From the NCBI RefSeq assembly GCF_000011805.1, contig NC_006841.2: DNA of 32,000 bases. The stretch is one strand, 5' to 3'. The notes beneath the pieces were generated by a model. That model saw only the letters and a program-made list of their open reading frames with translations, did no database searches and was not told the DNA's origin. The position numbers were made by a program, and so were the translations under genes. The stretch is from Aliivibrio fischeri ES114 (GTDB lineage: Bacteria; Pseudomonadota; Gammaproteobacteria; Enterobacterales; Vibrionaceae). Of this stretch, positions 1 through 8,907 are shown piece by piece. Each line of letters opens with the position of its first letter. Position 1 is the stretch's first letter.

Positions 1-378
1 GACACATTAGGTCATGATGTGGGTGACGAGGTTTTAAAGAAAACGGCTCAACTGTTAACTGAGACGGTGAGAAGTCGTGATAATGTATTCCGTCTTGGTG
101 GTGATGAGTTTTTAGTTATTGGTCAAGGTATAGCTCAATGTTCAGGGGTGAAAAAGCTAACCTCGAAACTATTAGAGCAGTTTAAGTTTCCCGTAAATAT
201 CGGCAGTGAATCTCTATCTATTTCCCCTAGTGTCGGTGTTGCTATTTATCCTGATGACAGCATTGATGGCGAAGAGCTTATAAAGTTTGCTGACATCGCC
301 ATGTATGAGGCCAAAAAAGATAAAGGCAACTCATATAAAGAGTTTGCCCCTATTATGCTTAAACGAGAAACGGATTGA
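1..378 (+). CDS. Diguanylate cyclase (GGDEF domain), C-terminal part; open at the left window edge
   Basis: Frame 1 is open from base 1 (DTLGHDVGDEVLKKTAQLL...). Intact GGDEF motif (RLGGDEFLV) preceded by RSRD, which fits an RxxD inhibitory site 5 residues upstream. Stop at 378. Confidence 0.93.
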   Translation, partial: DTLGHDVGDEVLKKTAQLLTETVRSRDNVFRLGGDEFLVIGQGIAQCSGVKKLTSKLLEQFKFPVNIGSESLSISPSVGVAIYPDDSIDGEELIKFADIAMYEAKKDKGNSYKEFAPIMLKRETD

Positions 379-2350
379 TTTCTTTTGCTATATGGTAACG
401 ATTTTTTCCTGAAAGTTTAGCATGGTACATGGCCTTATCAGCTTTTTCTAAAGCCTCTTCTAATGGCGTCTGATCGTTACCAGACCAGTAGTATGCTCCA
501 ATACTTGCTGATACATAAGGAATGGCTCCATTAATATGAATAGGGTAGCTAATTGCATTTAAGATACGCTGCAAAATAGCATTAATTTCTTGAGTCGCTA
601 CCCTCGGATTTGTTAAGTACAAACCAAGTAAAAACTCATCGCCAGATAGACGAGCGACAAGATCGTTTTCAAAAACATTATTGGTCAAACGTTGTGAAAT
701 GATTTTCAATAAATCGTCACCACATTGATGCCCATAAGTATCATTTACCGCTTTAAAACCATCTAAATCGAGGAAGATTAGATAAACGGATTTCTGTTTT
801 TTATGTGCATTAAGTAGTTGTTTATAAGCATTTTGACGGTTAGCTAATTGTGTTAACCCATCATGGTTGGCTTCAAAGTTAAGGCGTTGAAGCTCTTTTA
901 CTTGAGTTTGGTCATTAAGTGATATTACAAATGACTCTACTTTATTATCGCCATTTTTGATTAATTTAATGGTTAATAAACAAGGTAACCAATGTGATTT
1001 GTTACCGTGCTTTCTTGAAAAAAACTGACTTGTAACGTCTGTTTGAAGTTTTAAATAACCTACTTTTAGCACTTGTTTTAATACCGATGTATTGAGCTCG
1101 ATAGGCTGACGTAAATGCAGCTGATCTAGATTGGTGATGTTTCCAAATGTTTGAATAAAGGCATTATTTTTAGTCTCTATTACCATTTTTCTTGTTACAA
1201 CAATCACTGAACTTGGATTTTGGTCAAAAATCATTTCAGCCATTCGTTGACGTTGCTCAATGAGATAACGTTGACTGATATCTTCTATATGTACTAATGA
1301 ATTATTTTCACCAGCAATCGGGTAAGTCGATATTTGATATTGCTGTCCTGTACCTTGGTGGCGAAGGGTTGTTGGTTCTAATCGTTGATGGGTTTCGATG
1401 CATTCACGAAGTAGAGTTAATCGGTTGATTGGTTCAAAATCAGACAACAAATTTTCAATATGTTGCTGATTAAGAGAGGTCATTTCATCATTATTGAGCT
1501 GAATTTGAGGCAACAATAAACGAGCTGCTGGATTATGATAAATTACTTTTTTATTAGGTGAGACAACTAATAGCCCTTGATCAAGTGAATCTAGCACTTG
1601 ATTAATGTAATGAGTTTTATCTTCAAGTCTTTGAAATGCCAGTGTTAATTGAGAGTCACGTTGACTTAAGTTATCAAGCATTTCATTAAAGCAATGAGTG
1701 AGCTTTCCAATTTCGTCAGGATGAACAATATGCAGCCTTTGTTCTGTTACCCCTTTTTTGATAACTGTTTGCATTGAATTAAACATGGACAATAAAGGTG
1801 TGGCAATTAATCGGTGTACTCTGTGTGCAAAGAATAACGCTAAAAGTGAGAAGATAACCGTAGTAATTAAGAAAATGGTTAAAATCTGATTGCGTTGTTC
1901 AAACATGCTGTCTTTTGAGGCCCATACTGTCAGATTACCAAGGTGTTCATTATCTAATGTTATTGGGTGTGTAATTGCAAAAAAGACTGAGTGTGAACAT
2001 TGGATATTTCGTTCGTGCCATGAACAGTTTTCAGGCAAGTTATCTAATTTGGCGAAAGGTTCGCTATTAATATGCTCAACTCGAGCAGCGATCACTTCAG
2101 GATCAAAGGACAGTGCATTCATTTGATCTAAACCTGTTTGTTGGTCATTAAAGATCAACGCACCAGATAGATTGCTAGCAATACCTTGAGCGAGAATAGA
2201 CGTACGAGTGTATAAATTAGCACTATGAGTTACTCCCATAAAATGAGCAACACTTGCCCCTAGAATCATTGTACTAAGGGTCAGTAATGTCCAAATAGGG
2301 TAGATGACTTTTTTACGTAACGGTAATGCACTGAACCATTGAAGTATCAT
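359..2350 (-). CDS. Membrane-bound diguanylate cyclase with CHASE8-like periplasmic region, HAMP, PAS-like region and GGDEF domain (YfiN/TpbB-like)
   Basis: 663 aa. N-terminal TM, periplasmic segment, second TM (ILTIFLITTVIFSLLALFF), HAMP-like linker, PAS-like sequence (VLDSLDQGLLVVSPNKKVIYHNPAA), then ARLSGDEFLLG. Start overlaps the upstream yfiR-like gene by 4 nt. Confidence 0.88.
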   Translation of the reverse strand: MILQWFSALPLRKKVIYPIWTLLTLSTMILGASVAHFMGVTHSANLYTRTSILAQGIASNLSGALIFNDQQTGLDQMNALSFDPEVIAARVEHINSEPFAKLDNLPENCSWHERNIQCSHSVFFAITHPITLDNEHLGNLTVWASKDSMFEQRNQILTIFLITTVIFSLLALFFAHRVHRLIATPLLSMFNSMQTVIKKGVTEQRLHIVHPDEIGKLTHCFNEMLDNLSQRDSQLTLAFQRLEDKTHYINQVLDSLDQGLLVVSPNKKVIYHNPAARLLLPQIQLNNDEMTSLNQQHIENLLSDFEPINRLTLLRECIETHQRLEPTTLRHQGTGQQYQISTYPIAGENNSLVHIEDISQRYLIEQRQRMAEMIFDQNPSSVIVVTRKMVIETKNNAFIQTFGNITNLDQLHLRQPIELNTSVLKQVLKVGYLKLQTDVTSQFFSRKHGNKSHWLPCLLTIKLIKNGDNKVESFVISLNDQTQVKELQRLNFEANHDGLTQLANRQNAYKQLLNAHKKQKSVYLIFLDLDGFKAVNDTYGHQCGDDLLKIISQRLTNNVFENDLVARLSGDEFLLGLYLTNPRVATQEINAILQRILNAISYPIHINGAIPYVSASIGAYYWSGNDQTPLEEALEKADKAMYHAKLSGKNRYHIAKEINPFLV

Positions 2351-2946
2351 AATGACCCCTCATTGGTTGCTATTTCAGATACAGATAATAATTGTGAACG
2401 AAGAGAAAGCTCTGTTGGCTTAATATTATGTAAACTGATCAAAGGTTTAATTCTATTATTTACTTTAATGAAAGCAATCATTCCACCTGCTGTAATAAAC
2501 GGCTGGCCATCACCGATTAACAGTGCGTGTGGTTGCGAGATTTTAAATGTATTGATAATGCTAGGGTCTTGAGTCGAGAGATAAATGACATGGCATGTTT
2601 CTCGTTCGAGATCTTTTACGGATGAATAGGGAATATAGTTAGCTTGTGTTGGTTTTTTGGTTATCAATGCTTGTAATGTATTACTGACATCTAGATCTAA
2701 TTCACTGCAGAAATTAAATTGTTTATTGCTTGGGGCGAACTCACCCCAAGAGGTTAAAAAAGCAAAACGAAATAAATAAACTGCTTTCAAATTATGATCT
2801 TGAATGTTGTTATCGTCAGCTTTGAGATTAAAACTTATAAGTAAAAGCAGCAGGCAGCCTATTACTTTAGAGCATAGCCCATAAAATAATGGTGTGGGTG
2901 AGTTTGCCTGTGCTTTTGTTTTGAACATGGCTATATAAAATTCCAA
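2347..2946 (-). CDS. YfiR-like periplasmic protein (DUF4154 family)
   Basis: 199 aa. Signal peptide-like N-terminus; family-like segments NLKAVYLFRFAFLTSW and GGMIAFIKVNNRIKPLISLHNIKPTELSLRSQLLSVSEI. Lies between a TonB receptor gene and a YfiN-like gene. Confidence 0.82.
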   Translation of the reverse strand: MEFYIAMFKTKAQANSPTPLFYGLCSKVIGCLLLLLISFNLKADDNNIQDHNLKAVYLFRFAFLTSWGEFAPSNKQFNFCSELDLDVSNTLQALITKKPTQANYIPYSSVKDLERETCHVIYLSTQDPSIINTFKISQPHALLIGDGQPFITAGGMIAFIKVNNRIKPLISLHNIKPTELSLRSQLLSVSEIATNEGSL

Positions 2947-5114
2947 CTTAATTCAGCATAGTATTGAGTACCATTTGCAAATGGCCCAAATTGCTCTGGG
3001 TATTCTTTTAATTGGTCACTACCTAGGTTCTCAGCACTTAATTTTATGCTTGGCCATGTTGGTTTATGTTGCCAATTAATCGACATATCAATCGTAACGA
3101 CTTCTGGCCAGATCGTATAATCGTCACCATAAGATTGATATGCTTGAATTAATGCTTCGTCAGGTTCTGATGCTGAAACATAATTCACTACTGATGAAAC
3201 CCAAACTGTTGGATGAATATCCCACATCACGTGCAGTGTGGCATAGTGATGAGGCGTATTTTCTAGATCTAAAATAGGCAATTCATTTGAACCGCAGATA
3301 GAGCCGTTACAATCTCCCTCGATTGTCTTATAGCTGTAATTGGCATTGATTTGCAAGACATCGATTGGTTGCCATTGGATACTCACCTCTCCTCCCATAG
3401 TTTCTTGGGAGAGAGGGTCAACTAATTGAGCAAACATATCATCAATAATTGTGCCGCTAGAATGCTGAGAGCTATCAGGTGTAAAGTATCGACTTCCTCC
3501 GAGACCTCTATAAGCTCTAACATTATCATGCTGACTATAGAATAGGCTTAGGCTTACTTGGAATTGATTATCTTGCCAATAACGGTAACCAATTTCATAC
3601 GTATCGACAGATTCCATGTCTAAATCACGATTACCTAAGTAATGATAGGACATCATGTAGTCATAATAATTTACACTACCATCAGGATTGACGGTATAAG
3701 CACAACTACTGCAATAACTGTTTTTTTGAAACTGTGTATCTAGCTCTAAACGAGAAGGTGTAATGACTGCTCGACCCCAACCCATCCATAAACGTTGGTT
3801 GTCCGTTAATTTTTGTAATGCGCGAACTTGAGGTTGTGAGTACCACTCTTCAGTGATATTGGCATATTGAATACGATTGCCTAGTGTGATTTCTGTTGAA
3901 TCAGTTACATCAACAGCCCAGTTTGCATAAAAACCATAGCTTTGGTTTAAGAACTTATGATCATCAATGGTGCGAATATAAGGTGAGAAGTACTGCTCTT
4001 TTTCAGAGAATTGAGCGTATTCTTCATCAATAATACGAGCATTTGCACCAAGTGTTAATATTCCCCAATCTTGAGTATTAAAGGTGTAACGAGTATCAAG
4101 ATCAATGCGAGTAAAACTTGCTGGTTCATTGGTGCTATCAGATTCACTATGAGTAACCCATAGTTGGTTTTCCCATTGGTTACCGTTTAGTTTTTCGTGA
4201 AGGTATTGGAAACCTGCAAATAACTCTTGTGAGTTCATTTCAGTTAAAAACACATCATAGTCATTTTTATGTGTCGTAGGATCAAGAAAAGCAGGAGTAT
4301 AAGTTAGCCACTGATAATCTTCACGAGACTGGATCCCGCCAAACTGAACAGAAACCGTATTTTGTAAGTTTTGGTAATCAGCGCGCATCCCAAAACGTTC
4401 GGTTAATACTTTTAGGTGTCTAAGCTCTTTAAAATGTTCATCAGTATCAGTAAACGGTGAGTGTTGTAATGATTCAATATAGCCAGATAAATGCGTGTTT
4501 TCGCTAATTTGACCGCTGTGGTGAGCTTTAAACTCTTTGTAGTCAAAATTACCTGTTGAAGCACTTAATTGTGCTTTAGGTGCGCTTTCTGCATCTTTTG
4601 TAATGATATTTATGACACCATTAACCGCGTTTCCTCCCCACATTGTACCTACAGGGCCTAAGACCACTTCAATACGGTCAATACTATCTAGGCTGACAGG
4701 TAAAGTATCCCAGTTAACACCAGAGTACATTGGGTTAACGGCACTTCGGCCATCTATCATGACTAAAAGCGTATTATTTTCACCTTGGTTTTTACTGCGA
4801 GCTGAAACGGTCCAGTCGTAATCGGAAAATTTGGCAACATGAAGCCCTGGAGCAAGAATTAATACATCGGCAATAGAACGGGCACTAGAACGTTCTATTT
4901 CTTTGGAAGTGATTACATGAACAGAAGCTGGAACATCTGACAGACTAAGTGATGTTTTGGTTGCAGTGACGACTTTCGTATCGGCTAGCGATTCAAGTGG
5001 CATATTGAGTAATGCATCAAGATCATCAAATTCATTATCTATGTTTGCGATAACGGGTGAAGACACAAAGATACATAAAGCATACAAAAATGGAGCACGA
5101 GATAGCATCGACAT
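2931..5114 (-). CDS. TonB-dependent outer membrane receptor
   Basis: 727 aa. Signal peptide, plug domain (VVTATKTSLSLSDVPASVHVITSKEIERSSARSIADVL...IDRIEVVLGPVGTMWGGNAVNGVINIITK), long beta-barrel region. Overlaps the yfiR-like gene by 16 nt. Confidence 0.92.
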   Translation of the reverse strand: MSMLSRAPFLYALCIFVSSPVIANIDNEFDDLDALLNMPLESLADTKVVTATKTSLSLSDVPASVHVITSKEIERSSARSIADVLILAPGLHVAKFSDYDWTVSARSKNQGENNTLLVMIDGRSAVNPMYSGVNWDTLPVSLDSIDRIEVVLGPVGTMWGGNAVNGVINIITKDAESAPKAQLSASTGNFDYKEFKAHHSGQISENTHLSGYIESLQHSPFTDTDEHFKELRHLKVLTERFGMRADYQNLQNTVSVQFGGIQSREDYQWLTYTPAFLDPTTHKNDYDVFLTEMNSQELFAGFQYLHEKLNGNQWENQLWVTHSESDSTNEPASFTRIDLDTRYTFNTQDWGILTLGANARIIDEEYAQFSEKEQYFSPYIRTIDDHKFLNQSYGFYANWAVDVTDSTEITLGNRIQYANITEEWYSQPQVRALQKLTDNQRLWMGWGRAVITPSRLELDTQFQKNSYCSSCAYTVNPDGSVNYYDYMMSYHYLGNRDLDMESVDTYEIGYRYWQDNQFQVSLSLFYSQHDNVRAYRGLGGSRYFTPDSSQHSSGTIIDDMFAQLVDPLSQETMGGEVSIQWQPIDVLQINANYSYKTIEGDCNGSICGSNELPILDLENTPHHYATLHVMWDIHPTVWVSSVVNYVSASEPDEALIQAYQSYGDDYTIWPEVVTIDMSINWQHKPTWPSIKLSAENLGSDQLKEYPEQFGPFANGTQYYAELSWNFI

Positions 5115-5323
5115 GATATTGAATTAACACCAAATATAACTGAAATAAATATAAGGTATTAACTGAATACCCATTTTGTATATTTTGATGTAATTCTTAA
5201 GTTTAAGATAATGTTAGGAAAGAGATTTACGAGTTAACTCTGTATTTGTGTAATTTATTTCATCATACAGACGTGAAATTAGAATGTAATAAAAAAACAT
5301 TATGAGTTAATAAAAGAATATTA

Positions 5324-5337
5324 GTGATCTAAATCAC
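5324..5337 (+). promoter_or_regulatory. Candidate CRP binding site upstream of the PTS operon
   Basis: GTGATCTAAATCAC matches the symmetric GTGA-N6-TCAC core of the CRP consensus. It lies about 340 bp upstream of the IIA start. Confidence 0.5.
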
Positions 5338-5420
5338 CTATGATGATGTGCTAAATAATAGTGTTTAAAAAATAAAATAAATATCTAATCACACTTTAAA
5401 GCTTGTCAATTATCCAAGTG

Positions 5421-5436
5421 TGATTTTAATCATAAA
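5421..5436 (+). promoter_or_regulatory. Second candidate CRP-like site
   Basis: TGTGATTTTAATCATA compared with TGTGA-N6-TCACA: one mismatch in the right half site. Located upstream of the PTS operon. Confidence 0.42.
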
Positions 5437-5672
5437 AAATAAGTTTTAATATTTATATTAATATGTGGGTTATATCAAATTTAATCTATTGAAATGTAGC
5501 AAAACTAAAATTTGTATAAATATTACTTATTTGTTTTGTGAGATTTGTTCTTTCTTTCCTATTGACTGTGATTATTTTGAGTTATCGATCACAAAATGTC
5601 ATCTATTGCCGACTGCCATCTTCTATATTGATAATAGTTTTATCAAATACAGACCAAGAAGAAGGCTCGCTC

Positions 5673-6116
5673 ATGCTATACGATTTAATTGATCATGATT
5701 TAATTGATGTTGTTAATCACGATATTGATGCGTGGGAAGACGCAGTAAAAACAACAACGCGTTACTTAGAACAAAAAGGGTACGTAACTGCAAATTATGC
5801 CGATGCTATTATTCAATCGACATATGATAATGGCCCATATTATGTACTTTGTCCAGGTATCGCTATGCCTCATGCCCGTCCTGAGGCAGGGGTGATAAAA
5901 ACAGGATTAGGCATTCATATATTCCCATCAGCCATCGAGTTTGGCTCTGATCTTGGTCCTGCCAATATATTACTTACCTTAGCTGCAAAAGATTCAGATA
6001 CACATATTGAAGTCATTCAAGCATTGAGTGAGATGCTTGTCGATGAAGAAAACATTGCAAAATTAACCGCAGCAACTTCAAAAAATGAAGTGCTTGATAT
6101 TATTAAAGCATATTAA
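5673..6116 (+). CDS. cmtB: PTS mannitol/fructitol-type EIIA component (CmtB-like)
   Basis: ORF track starts at 5538, but ATG at 5673 has an AAGAAGG Shine-Dalgarno and begins MLYDLIDHDLIDVV. Contains the EIIA active-site region PGIAMPHARPEAG. Followed directly by the EIIBC gene. Confidence 0.8.
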   Translation: MLYDLIDHDLIDVVNHDIDAWEDAVKTTTRYLEQKGYVTANYADAIIQSTYDNGPYYVLCPGIAMPHARPEAGVIKTGLGIHIFPSAIEFGSDLGPANILLTLAAKDSDTHIEVIQALSEMLVDEENIAKLTAATSKNEVLDIIKAY

Positions 6117-6129
6117 GAAAGGATATCTC

Positions 6130-7527
6130 ATGAACGCTAGAGCAAAAGTGCAAGCCTTCGGTGGTCATTTGACCGCGATGGTATTGCCAAACATCGGAGC
6201 CTTTATTGCATGGGGCTTTATTACTGCGTTATTTATTCCAACTGGTTGGATGCCAAATGAACAGTTTGGTGAAATCGTTGGCCCTATGATTACTTATTTA
6301 TTGCCGTTACTTATCGGCTATACCGGTGGACAGCTCGTCGGTGATAAACGAGGTGCTGTCGCTGGTGCTATCGGTACGATGGGTGTCATCGTTGGTGCTG
6401 ATATTCCTATGTTCGTTGGTGCCATGATCATGGGACCTGTGAGTGCATGGGCGATTGTTCAGTTTGATAAACGAGTTGAACACAAAATCCCATCAGGTTT
6501 TGAAATGGTGGTAAACAACTTCTCTCTTGGCATCATAGGTATGATCTGTTGCTTGGTGGCATATGAGATTGTAGGACCTGCAGTAACTGCGGCGAATTTA
6601 TTTGTAAAATCGGGTATCGAAGCTTTAGTAGCTACTGGCTTCCTTCCTTTACTTGCAGTCATTAATGAACCTGCAAAAGTTCTCTTTTTAAATAACGCTA
6701 TCGACCAAGGTATTTATTACCCACTAGGCTTACAAGCGGCAGCTGAAACTGGGAAATCTATTTTCTTCATGGTGGCATCTAACCCTGGACCTGGTTTAGG
6801 TATGTTGTTGGCTTATGCGAAATTTGGTCAAGGGTTAAGTAAACGCTCTGCGCCAAGTGCAATTATTATTCATTTCTTTGGTGGTATTCATGAGCTGTAT
6901 TTCCCTTACGTTCTAATGAAGCCAATTATGATTGTTGCAATGATTGCCGGTGCAGCAACAGGTATTGCTACATTCAATTTACTGGATGCTGGTTTGGTTG
7001 CTGGTCCAAGTCCGGGCTCTATTTTCTCTTATTTAGCATTAACACCAAAAGGCAGCTTTATCGCGATGCTTGCGGGCGTAGCAAGTGCCACGGTTGTTTC
7101 ATTCCTTGTTGCCAGTGCAATTCTGAAAATGAGCAAGAAAGAACAATCTGAAGATGAATTTGAGCAATCGGTTATCGATATGAAAGACATGAAAGCCGAA
7201 GGTAAAGCACAGCCTCAAGCATCAGTAGAAAAAACAGGTATGCAACCAATTAAATTTATCGCTTTTGCTTGTGATGCGGGAATGGGTTCAAGTGCAATGG
7301 GTGCCTCAACCTTTAAGAGAAAGCTAGTTAAAGCTGGTTATGACATTGAGGTTAAGAACTTCGCGATAGAAAAAGTACCAAGTGATGCGGATGTTGTTGT
7401 CACTCATGAAAGCTTAGAAGAGCGTGCAATTAAAGCAACAGGATTACCTGTGATAACGATTACCAACTTTCTTAATGACCCAGCACTTAACGAGTTACTT
7501 AATACGATTGAGACACAACAGGCTTAA
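6130..7527 (+). CDS. cmtA: PTS mannitol-type EIICB component (CmtA-like)
   Basis: Re-assigned start ATG 6130 (MNARAKVQAFGGHLTAMVLPNIGAFIAWG). EIIC motif GGIHELYFPYVLMKP and EIIB phosphocysteine loop ACDAGMGSSAMGA. Confidence 0.87.
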   Translation: MNARAKVQAFGGHLTAMVLPNIGAFIAWGFITALFIPTGWMPNEQFGEIVGPMITYLLPLLIGYTGGQLVGDKRGAVAGAIGTMGVIVGADIPMFVGAMIMGPVSAWAIVQFDKRVEHKIPSGFEMVVNNFSLGIIGMICCLVAYEIVGPAVTAANLFVKSGIEALVATGFLPLLAVINEPAKVLFLNNAIDQGIYYPLGLQAAAETGKSIFFMVASNPGPGLGMLLAYAKFGQGLSKRSAPSAIIIHFFGGIHELYFPYVLMKPIMIVAMIAGAATGIATFNLLDAGLVAGPSPGSIFSYLALTPKGSFIAMLAGVASATVVSFLVASAILKMSKKEQSEDEFEQSVIDMKDMKAEGKAQPQASVEKTGMQPIKFIAFACDAGMGSSAMGASTFKRKLVKAGYDIEVKNFAIEKVPSDADVVVTHESLEERAIKATGLPVITITNFLNDPALNELLNTIETQQA

Positions 7528-7540
7528 CGATATTTATTTC

Positions 7541-7561
7541 TGGGGGATGGTATGTCCCCCA
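7541..7561 (+). other. Intercistronic GC-rich hairpin between the cmtA-like and yggP-like genes
   Basis: TGGGGGA-tggtatg-TCCCCCA: perfect 7-bp arms and a 7-nt loop, ending just before the SD of the next gene. No T-tract follows. Confidence 0.7.
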
Positions 7562-7577
7562 AGTAGGAGAAAAAATT

Positions 7578-8849
7578 ATGACTCAAACAACAGCTGCGGT
7601 TATTTGTGGTGAAAAAGACATCCAATTAAGAACATTTGAATTACCGTCAATTTCTGCTGATGAATTGCTAGTTAAAAATATTTCAAACAGCGTGTGTTTA
7701 TCAACATACAAAGCGGCATTGCTTGGTAGTAAGCATAAGCGAGTGCCAGAAAATATTGATGAAGTTCCTGTTATTACTGGCCATGAATATGCAGGAGTAA
7801 TTGTTGAAGTTGGTGAGAATTTAAAAGATCAATTTAAAGCTGGAGACTCTTTTGTACTTCAACCTGCAATGGGGTTACCTACGGGGTATTCTGCGGGTTA
7901 TAGTTACGAAACTTTTGGTGGAAATGCAACGTATTCAATTATCCCTAAAATTGCTATCGATTTAGGTTGTGTATTGCCTTATGACGGTTCGTATTACGCA
8001 GATGCTTCTTTGGCTGAGCCAATGTCATGCATTATCGGTGCTTTTCATGCAAGTTATCACACTACACAGTTTGTGTATGAGCATGAAATGGGAATTAAAG
8101 AGGGAGGAACGTTGGCATTACTTGCATGTGCTGGACCTATGGGGATAGGTGCGATTGATTATGCGATTAACGGACCAGTAAAACCAAGACGAATAGTGGT
8201 TACTGATATTGATGAAGATCGTTTATCTCGTGCTGAAAGTTTAATCCCAGTTAGTGCAGCAAAAGCACAGGGTATCGAGTTGATTTATGTCAATACCATT
8301 GAGATGGAAGATCCTGTTACTTACCTTAAATCTCTGAACGATGATCAAGGGTATGATGATGTAATGGTATATGCTGCGGTTGCACAAGTATTAGAGCAAG
8401 CCGATGCACTTCTTGGTAATGATGGTTGTTTGAATTTCTTTGCAGGTCCTACGGATAAAGAGTTTAAAGTGCCATTTAACTTCTATAACGTGCATTATGA
8501 ATCAACGCATATTGTTGGAACGTCTGGTGGTTCTACAGGTGACATGGTGGAGTCTTTGGAACTATCAGCACAAGGTGATATTAATCCTTCTTTTATGATT
8601 ACACATGTTGGAGGCTTACAAGCTGCGCCTCATACCATTTTAAATCAGCTGGATATTCCGGGTGGTAAAAAACTGATTTATCCACATATCGATTTGCCTT
8701 TAACTGCAATTGATAATTTTGCTTCACTTGCAGAACAAGACCCGTTTTTCTCTGAGTTAGATGCGATCTTAGCGAAGAATAACTACGTATGGAATCAACA
8801 TGCAGAAAAAGCATTATTAGAGTTCTATGACGTGAGCTTAAGCGTTTAA
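7578..8849 (+). CDS. yggP: Zinc-binding medium-chain alcohol/polyol-phosphate dehydrogenase (YggP-like, SorE-type family)
   Basis: 423 aa. GHEYAGVIVEVGENL zinc-dehydrogenase motif, long YggP-like segments (SVCLSTYKAALLGSKHKRVP, VLQPAMGLPTGYSAGYSYE, LNFFAGPTDKEFKVPFNFYNVHYES). SD GTAGGAG. Confidence 0.82.
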   Translation: MTQTTAAVICGEKDIQLRTFELPSISADELLVKNISNSVCLSTYKAALLGSKHKRVPENIDEVPVITGHEYAGVIVEVGENLKDQFKAGDSFVLQPAMGLPTGYSAGYSYETFGGNATYSIIPKIAIDLGCVLPYDGSYYADASLAEPMSCIIGAFHASYHTTQFVYEHEMGIKEGGTLALLACAGPMGIGAIDYAINGPVKPRRIVVTDIDEDRLSRAESLIPVSAAKAQGIELIYVNTIEMEDPVTYLKSLNDDQGYDDVMVYAAVAQVLEQADALLGNDGCLNFFAGPTDKEFKVPFNFYNVHYESTHIVGTSGGSTGDMVESLELSAQGDINPSFMITHVGGLQAAPHTILNQLDIPGGKKLIYPHIDLPLTAIDNFASLAEQDPFFSELDAILAKNNYVWNQHAEKALLEFYDVSLSV

Positions 8850-8861
8850 TTCTATTAACTT

Positions 8862-8891
8862 TATGTGGTAGCCTCTAGAGGTTACCACATA
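8862..8891 (+). other. Long intercistronic palindrome/hairpin between the yggP-like and yggD-like genes
   Basis: TATGTGGTAgCCTC-ta-GAGGtTACCACATA: 14-nt arms with 13 Watson-Crick pairs and one G-U pair. No T-tract follows; the downstream SD is adjacent. Confidence 0.75.
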
Positions 8892-8907
8892 CAGAGAGGT
8901 TTAAGCC

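Noticed and set aside
1890-2126. 78-aa plus-strand ORF inside the cyclase gene
   Set aside because: Fully antisense to a well-supported CDS; no domain-like features.
4603-4821. 72-aa ORF antisense to the TonB receptor
   Set aside because: Shadow ORF within the conserved plug-coding region.
5231-5240. GAGTTAACTC 10-bp palindrome
   Set aside because: Short isolated palindrome without a matching known site or repeat partner; expected by chance in this length of AT-rich intergenic DNA.
5465-5692. 75-aa ORF upstream of and overlapping the EIIA start
   Set aside because: AT-rich spurious sequence overlapping a CDS with a better SD; no recognisable family.
6459-6662. 67-aa minus-strand ORF in the EIICB gene
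   Set aside because: Antisense shadow of a conserved membrane domain.
8599-8814. 71-aa minus-strand ORF in the yggP-like gene
   Set aside because: Antisense shadow ORF with no SD or family support.
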